Source of the DNA: Nitrosopumilaceae archaeon | GTDB lineage: Archaea > Thermoproteota > Nitrososphaeria > Nitrososphaerales > Nitrosopumilaceae | Reading direction: 5' to 3' | Assembly (NCBI GenBank): GCA_965209085.1 | Contig: OZ242376.1 | Span: 64,001 to 128,000 of the forward strand | Length of the DNA stretch: 64,000 bases | In this document: positions 50,016-59,251 of the stretch, in pieces | How the letters are laid out: every line of letters starts with the position of its first letter | Numbering within the stretch: the first letter of the stretch is position 1 | Position numbers and translations under genes: made by a program | The notes under the pieces: generated by a model | The model's database searches: none | What the model saw: only the letters and a program-made list of their open reading frames with translations | Told to the model about the DNA's origin: nothing

Positions 50016-51192
50016 GAACTATTTTACCTCCTATCATGACAGCTTTGATTGACGAGCTAGATGTCCGATGGACCAGCGCCGCATACGGATCGTGAATCGG
50101 TTCCAAATCTATGGAATGTTTTTCCACTAGTACGCAGTCTGCCAGTTTTTCCGATTCAATGGAACCAATTCCTCTCTTGAGAATCTTACCGGCGTTTACC
50201 GTAGCCATCTTTAGTATATGTCTAGGATCCATGGGCTTCCTGTACGAGGCCATGGTTGCCTTCCATAAATAATCCATCTCGCGGAACATGTCCGGCGAAT
50301 TTACCATCACATTGTCTGTCCCAATGGCAATATTACAGCCTGCATTGGCCATCTCACGCACGTCCGGCAACCCTTCTGCTAGTACCGCATTGGCTCTTGG
50401 ACACACTACAATGCCTCGGGTTTTTTTTGCCGCTAGTTTCAGGTCCGCCCTTGATGCCTGCGTCATATGGACCAGAAAATCCGGCCATAGTCTGAGTGCG
50501 CGTATAATCTCGGATTTACCCGTTATTTCCCTGGATGTTTTAACGCTATCCTGCGTCTCCATGCAGTGTATGGCGCGTATCTTTGGAGCTTTTGAATACG
50601 CCTGGAGCGTTGCATTGCTGTGTTCGTTGGCACCGCTTATGCCAATCCCGTCACATTTTTTCAACAGTTCTACAAGATCCTGTGCATGTTCGGCAGCTGG
50701 CGCACGGTTTTGCCGTATCTCATGCATATCCTGGTAAAGATTTAGCCGCCCCAAAATTATGGTGCGTATGGGAATTTCCGATATGGCTTCGCGAAGCAGA
50801 TTTACTCCGGATAATCCATCTTCCCTAAAATCCACAAACGTGGTAATGCCGTTTTTTATCATGCTCATGCATGATGCGCGCATAAAAGTTGCAAGATGTT
50901 TTGGGTTAGTTTCCGCAAGTATTCTGGATTTTATTCCGTGTACCGGGTGCACTCTTGAATCAACTGATGCGCCCAGGGCAATATCCTTGCCAATGGAATC
51001 GCCCACGTGCGTGTGCGAGTTTATAATGCCTGGCATTATGAGCAAACCTTCGCAGTCCACGGATGTTTCAGATGCACCTGCGTGTATGCTTGGACCTATG
51101 CGGCCAAATCTGCCACGTACGATTTTGATGTTGGTGGATTCAACATAGCGCAGCTCTTTGCCGATTAGCGCACTTGCATTTTTTAAGAGCAA
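50002..51192 (-). CDS. amidohydrolase/deaminase family protein in the riboflavin operon
   Basis: PGIINSHTH, HCME, VHMT, CPRAN, IGTDN, ATVNAG. Confidence 0.9.
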   Translation of the reverse strand: MLLKNASALIGKELRYVESTNIKIVRGRFGRIGPSIHAGASETSVDCEGLLIMPGIINSHTHVGDSIGKDIALGASVDSRVHPVHGIKSRILAETNPKHLATFMRASCMSMIKNGITTFVDFREDGLSGVNLLREAISEIPIRTIILGRLNLYQDMHEIRQNRAPAAEHAQDLVELLKKCDGIGISGANEHSNATLQAYSKAPKIRAIHCMETQDSVKTSREITGKSEIIRALRLWPDFLVHMTQASRADLKLAAKKTRGIVVCPRANAVLAEGLPDVREMANAGCNIAIGTDNVMVNSPDMFREMDYLWKATMASYRKPMDPRHILKMATVNAGKILKRGIGSIESEKLADCVLVEKHSIDLEPIHDPYAALVHRTSSSSIKAVMIGGKIVHGEI

Positions 51193-51932
51193 GGCAGCTC
51201 ATATACCCTGGGATTTTCCGCACCAGAATCCCTAATCTTTCGTATGGTATCAAGAGATTTTGTGGCAAGGCATGCTGCCTGACGGGATGTTTTGGCCGTT
51301 CCTATTCCGCAGTTGAGAATTATTCCGCGCTCTTTTTTGATTTTATCGATAAATTCAACTGCTGATTCTTTTGCATCAGGAGAGGATACGACCATGAAAT
51401 TATCCCCGCCCATAAAAAAAGCAAGGGATTCTTTTGCCTTGAAAAACTCCAACATGTACGCGTACAGTCCGAATATGGCAGATGTGGTGTCATACGGGGA
51501 AAGTTTTTTTTGTGATTCGGTCAAATTGTCCACGTCAAGATGCATTATGGTTACAGCAGAGTCCCCGCCGCACGTTTTTCCGTAAATACTGTCGTTTTCA
51601 TCGCCGGACTGTGCGGTTTTTCTTGCCTCGTATGCGACAATATTTGCCCCGTATGGAGTATTGGCACATCCTATGGAAAAAGAGAGTTTTGTACGGGGAT
51701 CATACGTCTGTTTTTTTATCATTTCATGTCCCTGAATGTCAAGTCCGTTTGTTACGGCAAAAAATTCATCTGCCCGGTTGGAAAATACAAGAGAGTTCTT
51801 TTTGGAAAAATACTCTTGTAAATTTTTGTACAATGTAGCCTGCAGCATCTGCAATACGTGTTCCCTGTCGCTACCTAGTGTAAGGGTCCACGGTCCGTAT
51901 CCTGTTATTTTTGCAATACACAACTGTATCAT
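51183..51932 (-). CDS. gch3: GTP cyclohydrolase III
   Basis: GYGPWTLTLGSDRE, HLDVDN, FFMGGDNF, CGIG. Confidence 0.93.
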   Translation of the reverse strand: MIQLCIAKITGYGPWTLTLGSDREHVLQMLQATLYKNLQEYFSKKNSLVFSNRADEFFAVTNGLDIQGHEMIKKQTYDPRTKLSFSIGCANTPYGANIVAYEARKTAQSGDENDSIYGKTCGGDSAVTIMHLDVDNLTESQKKLSPYDTTSAIFGLYAYMLEFFKAKESLAFFMGGDNFMVVSSPDAKESAVEFIDKIKKERGIILNCGIGTAKTSRQAACLATKSLDTIRKIRDSGAENPRVYELPCS

Positions 51933-52345
51933 GCTTTTACCCTCTTTAGCTCTGAATGTAATTTTATCGCAGCCTCCACTGCGCGTTCGGCCACCGGTCT
52001 GATGCGTGCGTAAGCCTGTCTTTCCTGCATGCCCGGACCGCTTATTCCAAGAGTCACCGGTTTGCCGTATTTTATCGAAAGTTCTGTAAGGGATTTTGCC
52101 GTAGAATTTGCAATAACTTCATCATGCTTTGTCTTGCCGCGTATTATGGCCCCAAGCGTGACCACTGCGTCAACATCACTCCTCTGAAGCAGCGCATCAG
52201 CTATCAGGGGCATATCATATACGCCTGACACATGGCTTGTAACCGATACTGTAATCTTTAGGGACTGCGTTTTTTCACACGCTGCCAAGAGCATGCGGGA
52301 TGTTATCTCGCCGTTGAATTCGGAAACAATAATTGCAATCTTCAC
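51929..52345 (-). CDS. ribH: 6,7-dimethyl-8-ribityllumazine synthase
   Basis: IVSEFN, GVYDMP, LGAIIRGKTKHD, LGISGPG. Confidence 0.95.
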   Translation of the reverse strand: MKIAIIVSEFNGEITSRMLLAACEKTQSLKITVSVTSHVSGVYDMPLIADALLQRSDVDAVVTLGAIIRGKTKHDEVIANSTAKSLTELSIKYGKPVTLGISGPGMQERQAYARIRPVAERAVEAAIKLHSELKRVKA

Positions 52346-52348
52346 AAT

Positions 52349-53014
52349 TTACACCCTTGCGTGCTCTAACAGCTCAGCTCCGTTGACAAACGGAATTCCG
52401 TTTTGTTTGGCATATTTTGCAGCTTTATCAAAAGAGAGCGCCGAATATGTCTGCGCGTCCATCATCTCGCAGATCAGGGCTGCCGGAGATAATCCTGCCA
52501 ATTTTAGCAGATACACAGACATTTCAGTATGTCCGCGTCTTTCTGCAAGCATACCCTTTGAAGCAAGCAGCAGCGGCAGATGTCCTGGTGTGACAAACGA
52601 GGATACAAATTTTTCTTTCAAATCCGACATGCCGTACAGTTTTGCAATTTCACGCGCGGTATGGGCCCTGTCACTGTCCGTTATACCAGTATACGTACTG
52701 CGATGGTTTACATGTATTGAAAAAGAAGGCCGATCCCCGTACGGAGCACTGCTCGGAATCATTTTGCGCGATTGTGAATCCAGCGATTCCTCTAGTATCT
52801 CATGCATGTATTTTAGACCCATCTCTTTGCCGAATTGGCCGTCAAGTGCAAGACACACAAGACCGCCGCCGTGCTGGCGCATTCTAGCTATATGTTCCGG
52901 TTCTACCATTTGGGCTGCAACAACCATGTCAATCTCGTTCTCGCGTTCCTTTGAATCATACAGCAGTATGAACTCGCCGTGCTTTAGCGATTCAATGGCA
53001 TGATCAAGTGTCAT
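52349..53014 (-). CDS. ribB: 3,4-dihydroxy-2-butanone-4-phosphate synthase
   Basis: DSKERENEID, TGITDSDRA, TPGH, RRGHTE, ICEM; start taken at MTLDH. Confidence 0.95.
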   Translation of the reverse strand: MTLDHAIESLKHGEFILLYDSKERENEIDMVVAAQMVEPEHIARMRQHGGGLVCLALDGQFGKEMGLKYMHEILEESLDSQSRKMIPSSAPYGDRPSFSIHVNHRSTYTGITDSDRAHTAREIAKLYGMSDLKEKFVSSFVTPGHLPLLLASKGMLAERRGHTEMSVYLLKLAGLSPAALICEMMDAQTYSALSFDKAAKYAKQNGIPFVNGAELLEHARV

Positions 53015-53085
53015 GCATGATATTGTCCTGATTTGGATTATAAAGCTAACTAGGATACTGGTCATTACCAAAATATTGGTAGAAA

Positions 53086-53670
53086 TTATGCCCCAAGAAC
53101 ATATTTTCCAAGTATATCCGTCTCGATGTTTACCTTGTCTCCGGTCTTTTTGTGCCGAAAGTTTGTGATCTGTACGGTATGCGGTATGAGGCATACGGAC
53201 GCCTTTGTTCCCTTTACGTCAGATATGGTTAAACTGATGCCGTCAACTGCTATGGAACCTTTTTTGACCATAAATTTGGCAAGTGATTTTGGAATCTCAA
53301 ACCAAATGCGTATCTGACCGGGCTCTTTAACAATTTCCCTTATGATGCCCGTGCCGTCCACATGTCCTAGAACAAAATGACCTTCCATTCTGCCGCCTGC
53401 CTTTACACTGCGTTCTATGTTTAACAGCTCTCCTGTTTTTAGCATACCTAGTGATGTATTTTTTACAGTCTCATCAATCATTTCAAAATTACACGCATTG
53501 CCAATCCGTTTGATTACCGTAAGACACACGCCATTAAGCGCGACACTTTGTCCCGTTTTGAGTCCCTTTGAATGCGCGCCCAAATCCACGGAAATTCCTA
53601 TCGTGCTGCGGGTTTTTGTTTTGCCCATTTTTTTCACTTTTCCGGTTCCTTCAACTATTCCAGTAAACAC
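53086..53670 (-). CDS. ribE: riboflavin synthase (bacterial-type alpha chain)
   Basis: GTG start gives MFTGIVE, SVALNGVCLT, GHFVLGHVDG, KGSIAVDGISLT, NIETD; TATA-like box 24-30 nt upstream. Confidence 0.93.
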   Translation of the reverse strand: MFTGIVEGTGKVKKMGKTKTRSTIGISVDLGAHSKGLKTGQSVALNGVCLTVIKRIGNACNFEMIDETVKNTSLGMLKTGELLNIERSVKAGGRMEGHFVLGHVDGTGIIREIVKEPGQIRIWFEIPKSLAKFMVKKGSIAVDGISLTISDVKGTKASVCLIPHTVQITNFRHKKTGDKVNIETDILGKYVLGA

Positions 53671-53723
53671 TGCCAAATACGGCATCTAATTACTATAAAA
53701 TTATTTGCAGTTGCCAAAGGCGT

Positions 53724-53770
53724 TTTCACATAGGATCTGCATCCTATGGGAATTTTATTTCACATAGGAT
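53724..53770. promoter_or_regulatory. three copies of TTCACATAGGAT-like motif (two direct, one inverted) upstream of the rib operon
   Basis: tttcacataggat at 53724-53736 and 53758-53770; inverted atcctatgggaa at 53741-53752. Confidence 0.5.
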
Positions 53771-53777
53771 GGCATTC

Positions 53778-54197
53778 TTACGGGACATTGCGTACAAATT
53801 TTCTGTTATTGCGGTATGCATCAAGATGCAACAGGCCAAAAATTACCGCAATAGTGCCCGCATATCCGAAATTCAGAAATCCGGACACCACAACTGTAAT
53901 GAGTGCCATAAACCCCAAATCCACTAGTGCCTGTACGGGAACGGCGGCCAAACCTAGTCTAGCATGCAGCGGGAAAAATATCATATTACTCTCGTAACGC
54001 ATCATGCGCTTGTTGAGAACCGTATACACAGCATCACATGAAAAACATACAAACCATACGAGAAAAAACCCCACAGTAACCGCAGGCGGAATCCGTATGT
54101 CATAATGGCCTAGAAGAATCAGCATCGCCGGAATGCATGCGGCTATGGGGAGGGCAAATACGATCTTTTTATGCCTGCGATCCATGCTGACCCGCAT
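53778..54197 (-). CDS. small polytopic membrane protein (D..T...E.N motif, DUF5658-like)
   Basis: Four TM helices, DAVYTV..YESNMIF, H...NN C-terminus. Confidence 0.6.
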   Translation of the reverse strand: MRVSMDRRHKKIVFALPIAACIPAMLILLGHYDIRIPPAVTVGFFLVWFVCFSCDAVYTVLNKRMMRYESNMIFFPLHARLGLAAVPVQALVDLGFMALITVVVSGFLNFGYAGTIAVIFGLLHLDAYRNNRKFVRNVP

Positions 54198-54453
54198 GCC
54201 GTTCTTTCACCCATTCGAGCTTTATTATCCCAATTATTCCGCCAACCACAACCATTACGCCTCCTACAAATTTCAATGCAGTGGAGGCCTGTGTCCACAT
54301 CGCCGCCCATGAGGCCGGGACGTTTTGCGGATTGCTAAAATCCACATCCAAAAACCATTCTATGGTTTCAGGAAGAACGGCTATTATGATCCCAGATATT
54401 ATGGAGCTTGATAATATTCCCATCCATTTCCCTTTGTCCTCTTCACCAACCAT
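54169..54453 (-). CDS. VirB2/TrbC/CedA1-like two-helix membrane protein
   Basis: About 94 aa from MVGEEDK; two Gly-rich hydrophobic helices separated by an amphipathic segment. Confidence 0.45.
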   Translation of the reverse strand: MVGEEDKGKWMGILSSSIISGIIIAVLPETIEWFLDVDFSNPQNVPASWAAMWTQASTALKFVGGVMVVVGGIIGIIKLEWVKERHAGQHGSQA

Positions 54454-54510
54454 TGTTTTCTCATACATACAAAAAACAGTATATGCGGCGCATTTAAGAG
54501 ACAATTTACC

Positions 54511-55257
54511 TTATTCTGACAAAAAATAATCTATTCTCGGCTGACCCGCAGCCGGCGCGTGTCTTGCAGCTGCAATATCGGCAGTTACCATCTCACGGGT
54601 TAGGGATGGCAAAAGCATGTAGAAACGTTTACCATTTTTTATAATTTGAACGGTCGGAAATCCTACAATCATTCTTATTTTTTCTTTTTTTGCCACTATT
54701 CCTTCGCAGTCTCCGCTCTGATCCTGATATTCTATCTGATGGGATCTTTTACGAAGATCCTGATTCTGTACAAAATACGGATTTACCGTAACATACAATC
54801 TCCGTGCAGCATCGTACCAGCAGTCGTGCCAGACAAATTCATCTGATACGGATGCCGGAACTTTGTTTGAACGGATTTGGCAGCGCATGGCTTCATCGTC
54901 TGGAGAATTACTTTGTCCTGAACGCGTTTTTTCAAATTCTCCTTTGGCAGAGAATATTCTCTCATACACGCCATCTGATCCTTTTGTTGTAATATCCAAA
55001 CTGCCATCTTTGCCTGATGATTCAATCCATTTTATACACAATCTGCCACCACTGGAGTCTTTTATGCTGGAAATCTCCGGATACGACAGATCCAGTATGG
55101 CTCCGGTTTTGTGCGTGTGTACGGCAAGTCCCAAATTTGTCACAATAATTACCCCGTCACCGTATTTTGATCTTGCAGGAACGGTAAACAGCTCTTCTTC
55201 TCCACGGTTTAGCGGTTTCATGGCATCCAAAGGATTGTTTGCATAAAACCCCGTCAA
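54511..55257 (-). CDS. PH-like domain protein
   Basis: GEEEL...GVIIVTNLGL...ILDLSYPEISSI pattern; paralogous motif to 28775..29104. Confidence 0.6.
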   Translation of the reverse strand: MTGFYANNPLDAMKPLNRGEEELFTVPARSKYGDGVIIVTNLGLAVHTHKTGAILDLSYPEISSIKDSSGGRLCIKWIESSGKDGSLDITTKGSDGVYERIFSAKGEFEKTRSGQSNSPDDEAMRCQIRSNKVPASVSDEFVWHDCWYDAARRLYVTVNPYFVQNQDLRKRSHQIEYQDQSGDCEGIVAKKEKIRMIVGFPTVQIIKNGKRFYMLLPSLTREMVTADIAAARHAPAAGQPRIDYFLSE

Positions 55258-56426
55258 TTGGCGCGTAAAATATCCGAGACTGCCAGATATTTCAAACTTG
55301 CAACAAATTCCTCATCTGTCACAAGTCCTGAGGCCCACCATCCTGCACTGCTGCGAACCCAGTCTGGCGCCAAAAGTGCCCCGCCGTGCTTTCCTACAAG
55401 ATATGCGATACTCGTAGAAAATTCCGTCGAATTTATCTGCCCAAAAGCCCACATTTTTGCCCCTTCCCGTATCCTTTGAGGTATGACATCGTATACGGCA
55501 TCCGGATCAAATCCGCTTATGACAAGCGTTCCGGCAGTTTGCGGTTCCACGTTAAAGGCAACGTGCCAGCTTCCAAACTCATCAACACTTTGAATGAATT
55601 CAATTGGTTCGCCGTCTATATTCAGATCAAATTTTTCTGCATCGTTGTATTTTGGAAATTCTATATTGATGCTTTCATGCAGCGGCCATCCGCCGGCTAT
55701 GGTAATTGAAAGCTCTGTATTCTCGCTGTTAAATTCTGGGTATGCCAACAGCAGTCCGGAATTGTATCTTATGGGAAAAGTTTCTTCGGATCTTTGAACA
55801 TTGAGAAAAATTATGGATAAATCGCCAAGACCAAAGCAGCTGTAATATTGAACATTTTCTGATACTGCCGCATCAGGATACATTGCAAAATTACGCACCT
55901 CTCCTGGCATCATGTATGTTATTGGAATCTCATTTGAAACCACATCTAGCGGTACATGGTTTTCATCATGTGCCACTGCCACCAGCTCTACATGTTTTGC
56001 CGGCACGTCCCCGGAATTTACAATGCGGCCTGTAACATGTCCGTCAGGATGAACAACGAGTGTCTCATCATATATGACCTCCACCTGCGGGGAATGGGAC
56101 ATTCCGCTAGTGTGTTCTGTGCGTATGTTGGATATTTTTGGAATTTGTCCCTTTGTATCATATATGGGAATTTTAAAGGGCATCTCACTGTTTGGCTTTA
56201 TGTTATGCGTATAGGCAGTTGTCTCTACAACCGTATTGCCGTATTCTACCTGTACGGTTACGGCGGCAAGTGCATTGTAATTGCCGGAATTTTTTACCAC
56301 GCCGATCAGATTGTATGTCCCGTCTTGGCCGTAAAAACTAGAAACACCGTGTTCAACTTTTACATCAGCAAAAGCTGGAATCATAAAAAAAGGCGTAAGG
56401 GCAAGCAGTATCATGATTGTACGCAT
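55254..56426 (-). CDS. secreted FxLYD-like domain protein with C-terminal PxWVR..GWW module
   Basis: Signal peptide, GVVKNSG/GRIVNSG Ig-like repeats, PDWVRSSAGWW. Confidence 0.8.
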   Translation of the reverse strand: MRTIMILLALTPFFMIPAFADVKVEHGVSSFYGQDGTYNLIGVVKNSGNYNALAAVTVQVEYGNTVVETTAYTHNIKPNSEMPFKIPIYDTKGQIPKISNIRTEHTSGMSHSPQVEVIYDETLVVHPDGHVTGRIVNSGDVPAKHVELVAVAHDENHVPLDVVSNEIPITYMMPGEVRNFAMYPDAAVSENVQYYSCFGLGDLSIIFLNVQRSEETFPIRYNSGLLLAYPEFNSENTELSITIAGGWPLHESINIEFPKYNDAEKFDLNIDGEPIEFIQSVDEFGSWHVAFNVEPQTAGTLVISGFDPDAVYDVIPQRIREGAKMWAFGQINSTEFSTSIAYLVGKHGGALLAPDWVRSSAGWWASGLVTDEEFVASLKYLAVSDILRAN

Positions 56427-56436
56427 TAGCGTACCA

Positions 56437-56643
56437 CTATGACCATGACTCTGGATTTTTTTTCCAAACCCGTTTTCCGTCTATAAACACGGAATCTTCT
56501 TCTTCAAATACCGTGTGCCATTTACCGTTGGTGGGGAAAATTTTGTCCATCTCAGTTACCTTGGTAGGAGTCGGACGTACGTTCATCAAGGCGCCCCATT
56601 TCATGTTTGGAATTTTTGGCATTATCTCGTTAATATCGCGCAA
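56437..56643 (-). CDS. conserved small hypothetical protein
   Basis: 68-aa ORF tightly packed between co-oriented genes. Confidence 0.7.
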   Translation of the reverse strand: MRDINEIMPKIPNMKWGALMNVRPTPTKVTEMDKIFPTNGKWHTVFEEEDSVFIDGKRVWKKNPESWS

Positions 56644-56644
56644 T

Positions 56645-58288
56645 TTATTGACCCACTCTTAGTACACCGTTTTCTATAAGATATTGCAAAGCTCCGACAA
56701 ACGTCTTATCATCAATCTCTCCTGTTGCCCACCATCCGGCGTTTGACTTTACCCATTCGGGTATCTCACTGCTGGATGATTCTCCCTGCAAGGTTGCAGG
56801 TATTATGATTACCTCGCTGTTTATGAGATATTTGATTGCCGTAACAAACGTCTTATCGTCAATCTCTCCTGTTGCCCACCATCCGGCGTTTGACTTTACC
56901 CATTCGGGAATCGAAACCTCTACTTGTTTGTTTTCAACACCCGCACCTACCTCTATTATTGTTGAACCAATGCCGGCGTATTTTGGATCAAAGTCAAGTC
57001 CGATTGTGCCCTGTCCATAAATCATAACATCTAATCTGTACGTCTTCTCGTCTGGTATGTTTAACACCTGTGTGTCTATTACCTCAAAAGCTAGTATTTC
57101 AGAATTTTGCGATATAATCGTGTTTGATTCATGTTCTGAAAGAATGTATGCATATCTGATATTGGGCAAGGCTTCGTCCTGGAAGCCAAAGAATGTAATT
57201 TCAAACGGTATGTCCTCGCCTGAACTGTACGAGGAATCCCATGAAACGTCCATAGTTACACCATTCTTCTCCATGGTATTCGCGTCTACCAAGTAGGAAC
57301 TAAGTATGTTTTTTGATACTGTTGAACCGGGTACTAGTCTGAAATTCATCACGTCCTGTTCTTCGTGTTCGGAACCTAGAATGTCGTTTATGCGTTTTAA
57401 TTCATCTCCAATAACCAAAAAGTGAATCACATTTACATCCTCATGGGTATATGGATCAAAACTCAACACGCCGTGATTTAACTCAACTCCGTCAACGTAT
57501 CCCTTGAATTGTCTTTCTCCGTTATATGGGGAAAACGTTTTTGGAATCTGTATCTCTTCGTGAACTATTGCTACCTGTTCAATATAGTCCGGAGACCAGT
57601 CAAACGGCATGCTGAAAGATATTGCATCGTTGTTCCTGTCATACTTTAAATTTTCAATCTTGTCATAGTATGTCTTTACCACCACGTCTAATTCCGCCGT
57701 GGCAGTCTGTACACTAAAGATCTGTTTTTGAGCCACACTGACAAACGTCTCGTAAGAGAGGGTTTCTGAAAGCAAAGTTCTTGGACTTGTGGCAGCTTCA
57801 ATGTCCACACGTATGTTGTACAGTCCGCCTTTGTCAAATAAAGGTCCTTTGATAACCAGCTTTTCTCCGGCGCGGGCATAAAGAGCACCCGGGGCTGAAG
57901 GATGTTCTGCTCCATAATATTTGGTGCATTTTGAGGGTTTTGGTTCATTACAGTCGTATGTCGGGCGCACAATAATATCCAAATTTCCGTCAACATCATA
58001 ATAGAAATTTCTTGCAAGCAGTTTGTTACTATGCCATACTTCCATTCTGTACGTCACTTTTTCGAAAGTCTGATTTGTATCCAAATTAAAGAACCGTATG
58101 TCCATATTTGCCTCACTAATTTCACCTATGGTAAGATCCCAGGGTGTTATACTGGTGCTCACCGTCACGTTTTGACCGAAAAAACTAATTGGAGGTGCAA
58201 CGTCGCCACCCAATCCGTGGCCTGCCGCATCTCCTATAAGAAACGGGCATATGGCAAACATGAAATATGCAAAGAGTGTCATTTTCAT
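56645..58288 (-). CDS. secreted thaumarchaeal surface protein with two IPEWVKSNAGWW repeats
   Basis: Signal peptide ending AAGHG, GGLYNI, FSMPFDW, VHEE; paralogue of 13726..15255. Confidence 0.82.
   Translation of the reverse strand: MKMTLFAYFMFAICPFLIGDAAGHGLGGDVAPPISFFGQNVTVSTSITPWDLTIGEISEANMDIRFFNLDTNQTFEKVTYRMEVWHSNKLLARNFYYDVDGNLDIIVRPTYDCNEPKPSKCTKYYGAEHPSAPGALYARAGEKLVIKGPLFDKGGLYNIRVDIEAATSPRTLLSETLSYETFVSVAQKQIFSVQTATAELDVVVKTYYDKIENLKYDRNNDAISFSMPFDWSPDYIEQVAIVHEEIQIPKTFSPYNGERQFKGYVDGVELNHGVLSFDPYTHEDVNVIHFLVIGDELKRINDILGSEHEEQDVMNFRLVPGSTVSKNILSSYLVDANTMEKNGVTMDVSWDSSYSSGEDIPFEITFFGFQDEALPNIRYAYILSEHESNTIISQNSEILAFEVIDTQVLNIPDEKTYRLDVMIYGQGTIGLDFDPKYAGIGSTIIEVGAGVENKQVEVSIPEWVKSNAGWWATGEIDDKTFVTAIKYLINSEVIIIPATLQGESSSSEIPEWVKSNAGWWATGEIDDKTFVGALQYLIENGVLRVGQ
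56697..56908 (-). repeat. 65-bp near-exact intragenic direct repeat (56697-56761, 56844-56908)
   Basis: One mismatch between copies; encodes PEWVKSNAGWWATGEIDDKTFV twice. Confidence 0.9.
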
Positions 58289-58379
58289 ATATAATATAAC
58301 TACAAATACGCATATTTACTTATCGCAAGTATCTACGTACCAAGCGAGGATTTTTAACACCATCATAGTAAGATTTTGC

Positions 58380-59207
58380 ATGAAACCGGCGTTATTTTTA
58401 CTAGCATTTGTCCTGCTCTCGTCTCTTACACTAGGAGTAACATATGCGGAAAAACTTTCTACTGAAAAAGGAACACTTGACGTAAATCTTGCCGTAGAGA
58501 TTTCAGAAAATAATCCTGTGCAATCAAAATTAAAAATTGATTTTATAAATCCCGTTACGGGAAATGTGCAGGAACATATTGACTATATGATTACAATATT
58601 TGACCAATCGGAAAATACCATATTTGGTCCGATACCGCTGACCCATACGTCGGTAGGTTCGATTACAATACCGGTGGAAATAGATCAAAGCATGGAACAC
58701 CGCGTATTGGTGGAAGTGTTTGGAATATTGTTTCAGCCAATAGACAAAGAAGCTGTTGTATTTACAATAAACGACGCGACAGCACCAGAACCTGAGGATG
58801 GGGGATGTTTGATTGCCACCGCAGCGTACGGTTCAGAGCTTGCACCCCAGGTCCAACAATTGCGGTATGTGCGGGATACAATATTACAAAATTCCGATGC
58901 CGGATCCGCATTTATGACATCGTTTAACACCATATACTATGCATTCTCACCTGCCGTGGCGGATTTTGAAAGAGAGAATGAACTCTTTAGGGATATGGTT
59001 CGAGCATATATCACTCCTATGATCTCAACCCTTTCCGTCATAGAAAGTGCTGATTCTGAAGCAGAGATCATATCATATGGAATAGGAGTGATATTGTTAA
59101 ACGCAGCATTATACATTGCAATACCTGTAATAGCGGCCACTCTAATATACAAAAAGATCTCAAAGCTAGTACGTGAGACTAGGTTTTACGCTCCAAAACA
59201 CGACTAA
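58380..59207 (+). CDS. secreted protein with CFI-box-CTERM domain
   Basis: Start MKPALF; QEHIDY motif; GGCLIATAAYGSELAPQVQQLR; C-terminal TM. Confidence 0.88.
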   Translation: MKPALFLLAFVLLSSLTLGVTYAEKLSTEKGTLDVNLAVEISENNPVQSKLKIDFINPVTGNVQEHIDYMITIFDQSENTIFGPIPLTHTSVGSITIPVEIDQSMEHRVLVEVFGILFQPIDKEAVVFTINDATAPEPEDGGCLIATAAYGSELAPQVQQLRYVRDTILQNSDAGSAFMTSFNTIYYAFSPAVADFERENELFRDMVRAYITPMISTLSVIESADSEAEIISYGIGVILLNAALYIAIPVIAATLIYKKISKLVRETRFYAPKHD

Positions 59208-59251
59208 ATTATAATGCATGGTTTTTATAAAAGTCAGATTTAATCCATATA

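Noticed and set aside
53015-53194. Long N-terminal extension of ribB (similarly for ORFs starting at 3990, 9205, 32460, 58251, 60925)
   Set aside because: The extensions overlap neighbouring genes or promoters; downstream starts match family N-termini or signal peptides
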